This document shows positions 62,790 to 64,000 of a stretch of DNA of 64,000 nucleotides, one piece after another. The stretch is from NCBI RefSeq assembly GCF_000143415.4, contig NW_003314296.1, positions 849,645-913,644 of the forward strand, read 5' to 3'. Position 1 is the stretch's first letter. Each line of letters opens with the position of its first letter. The DNA comes from Selaginella moellendorffii. Its lineage: Eukaryota; Plantae; Lycopodiophyta. The position numbers and the translations under genes were made by a program. The notes under the pieces were generated by a model. That model saw only the letters and a list, made by a program, of their open reading frames with translations. It did not search any database and was not told the origin of the DNA.

Positions 62790-63199
62790 ATAGTAACTAG
62801 AATAATTTGAAGGTGTTCTGTTTAATACTAAGAATTTAATCAATAATTGTCCAATACTAAAGTATGTTAAATAATATTCAGTAAGTACTAACTCCCATAT
62901 TGCTAAAACTGATGCAAATCATCATGCCAGCCATTGCCCTACGTGATTTTTAGTTTGCATATGTCTACCATCTTTAATAATGGAGTTGGATAACAGAGGA
63001 AAAGCTCCTGTCGAGATATGTTTTTCTTCCACAAAAAGGAAGAACAATAAATCTGGCCTATCGCAATTGGAGCAAAGGATCTCAAGCAAGCAATAAAAGT
63101 GTTTACTGTGCCACCTCTAAATCAAAAAGGAAATATTAAAAATCTCAACTCAAAGCTAAGGAAGAAAAAGGAAAATCGGGTCCATATGCTGTTTTGATA

Positions 63200-63432
63200 A
63201 TCTTGTGGTGCCCAATTGGAAGCATGAGATTGATGGATGCAAAAATGTAAGTTGGATTATCATTTTGTATTAGTGGTGTCTTCGTTGTTGCTGCGATTCC
63301 ACTCATTGGCCTTGCCTTCTTCTTTTCCACGGCCATTTGTGTATTTCCTGTCACAACTCCATATATTTCAGGTAATTGGCGAGGGATGAGATTGTCTCCT
63401 TGATTGCAAAGATTATATGTGTTTCATGTCCT
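63200..63432 (-). pseudogene. Copy of the 5' end of the papain-like gene (56535-56790)
   Basis: Direct similarity; encodes MAVEKKKARPMSGIAATTKTPLIQNDNPTYIFASINLML. Confidence 0.8.
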
Positions 63433-63472
63433 GGGAGTGGCTAAATCTAACAGCCTAATTTAACGAAATTTT

Positions 63473-63593
63473 CTTCCCGCCAATTACAATTAAGCTAGAG
63501 AATTTAATTGTAAAAATTCTTATAATTAAGTTCATTAAGTGTAAGGAGGGTATGTTTTTACCCTTGTATGATCTTCAGGGATCTTCTGCTCTT
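63473..63593 (-). repeat. Inverted near-identical copy of 53763-53905
   Basis: CCAATTACAATTAAGCTAGAGAATTTAATTGTAA...AAGTGTAAGGAGGGTATGTTTTTACCCTTGTATGATCTTCAG is the reverse complement of 53800-53900. Confidence 0.85.
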
Positions 63594-63629
63594 ATCTGGA
63601 AGAGTGATTCGAATTCTCGCGAAAGATTT

Positions 63630-64000
63630 GAATATCGGCTGCGGCGGACGGGAAGATCTATGTTGCGACGAGAACAGGAACGCGCTCAAGAGCTGCAAGA
63701 GACTCGATCCAGCTCGCAACGAGTGGGAGGCTATGGCGGATTTAGGTCAAGAACGCAGGGGAATCGTGATGAATTGCAGCCAGTTTGCGGTTATGAGCGG
63801 ATAGAACGGATTCGCAAGGCGAGTTCAGTTCCAGCTCCGAAAGTTTTGACGGTGATTCCTCATGGCAGATTGGCAAGGGATCTGCAAGCGGGGCAGTGTA
63901 TTGCTTCCCTGTCACTAGGAAGATCATCTCTGCTTGCCTTGGTAGTGAGCGATTGCAGCAGGAGATTGTTGCTGTGGTTCAAGATCAAGGCGGGGAGTGT
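63630..64000 (+). pseudogene. Kelch-repeat (F-box/kelch, KFB/KMD-like) gene fragment
   Basis: DENRNALKSCKRLDPARNEWEAMADLGQER...FAVMSG resembles the plant KFB kelch repeat DEDKNALRSAEAYD...EW...M.EER; the frames are broken. Confidence 0.6.

Overview
This is a eukaryotic plant genomic window. It is probably the lycophyte Selaginella, inferred from very short (47-80 nt) introns, PLS-class PPR genes with 'MDLEG/MDLDG' motifs, a Ure2p-class GST and very compact intergenic spacing. GC-rich gene islands alternate with AT-rich nests of decayed transposons. Genes reconstructed by hand: a spliced C2-TM-LysM protein, an ATL RING-H2 ligase head-to-head with RPL39, an inverted pair of Gnk2/DUF26-like secreted proteins, a PLS-E PPR gene head-to-head with an intronless METTL16/FIONA1, a receptor-like kinase, a divergent papain-like protease, a frameshifted PPR gene and a Ure2p/Nu-class GST. 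Mobile DNA includes a TRIM with TSD nested in a tandem non-autonomous LTR element, chromovirus/gypsy remnants, a decayed Helitron and a young LTR element (TSD AAAGG, about 98% identical LTRs) with a non-coding interior. The best candidate for an undescribed system is a family of four genes that share an unrecognised ~150-180 aa N-terminal domain fused to a bulb-type (GNA) lectin. One member is a full receptor kinase whose GC-AG intron could also yield a soluble ectodomain, and three are stand-alone secreted-type copies carrying small disabling lesions. All alignments and exon calls were made by eye; no database searches were run.
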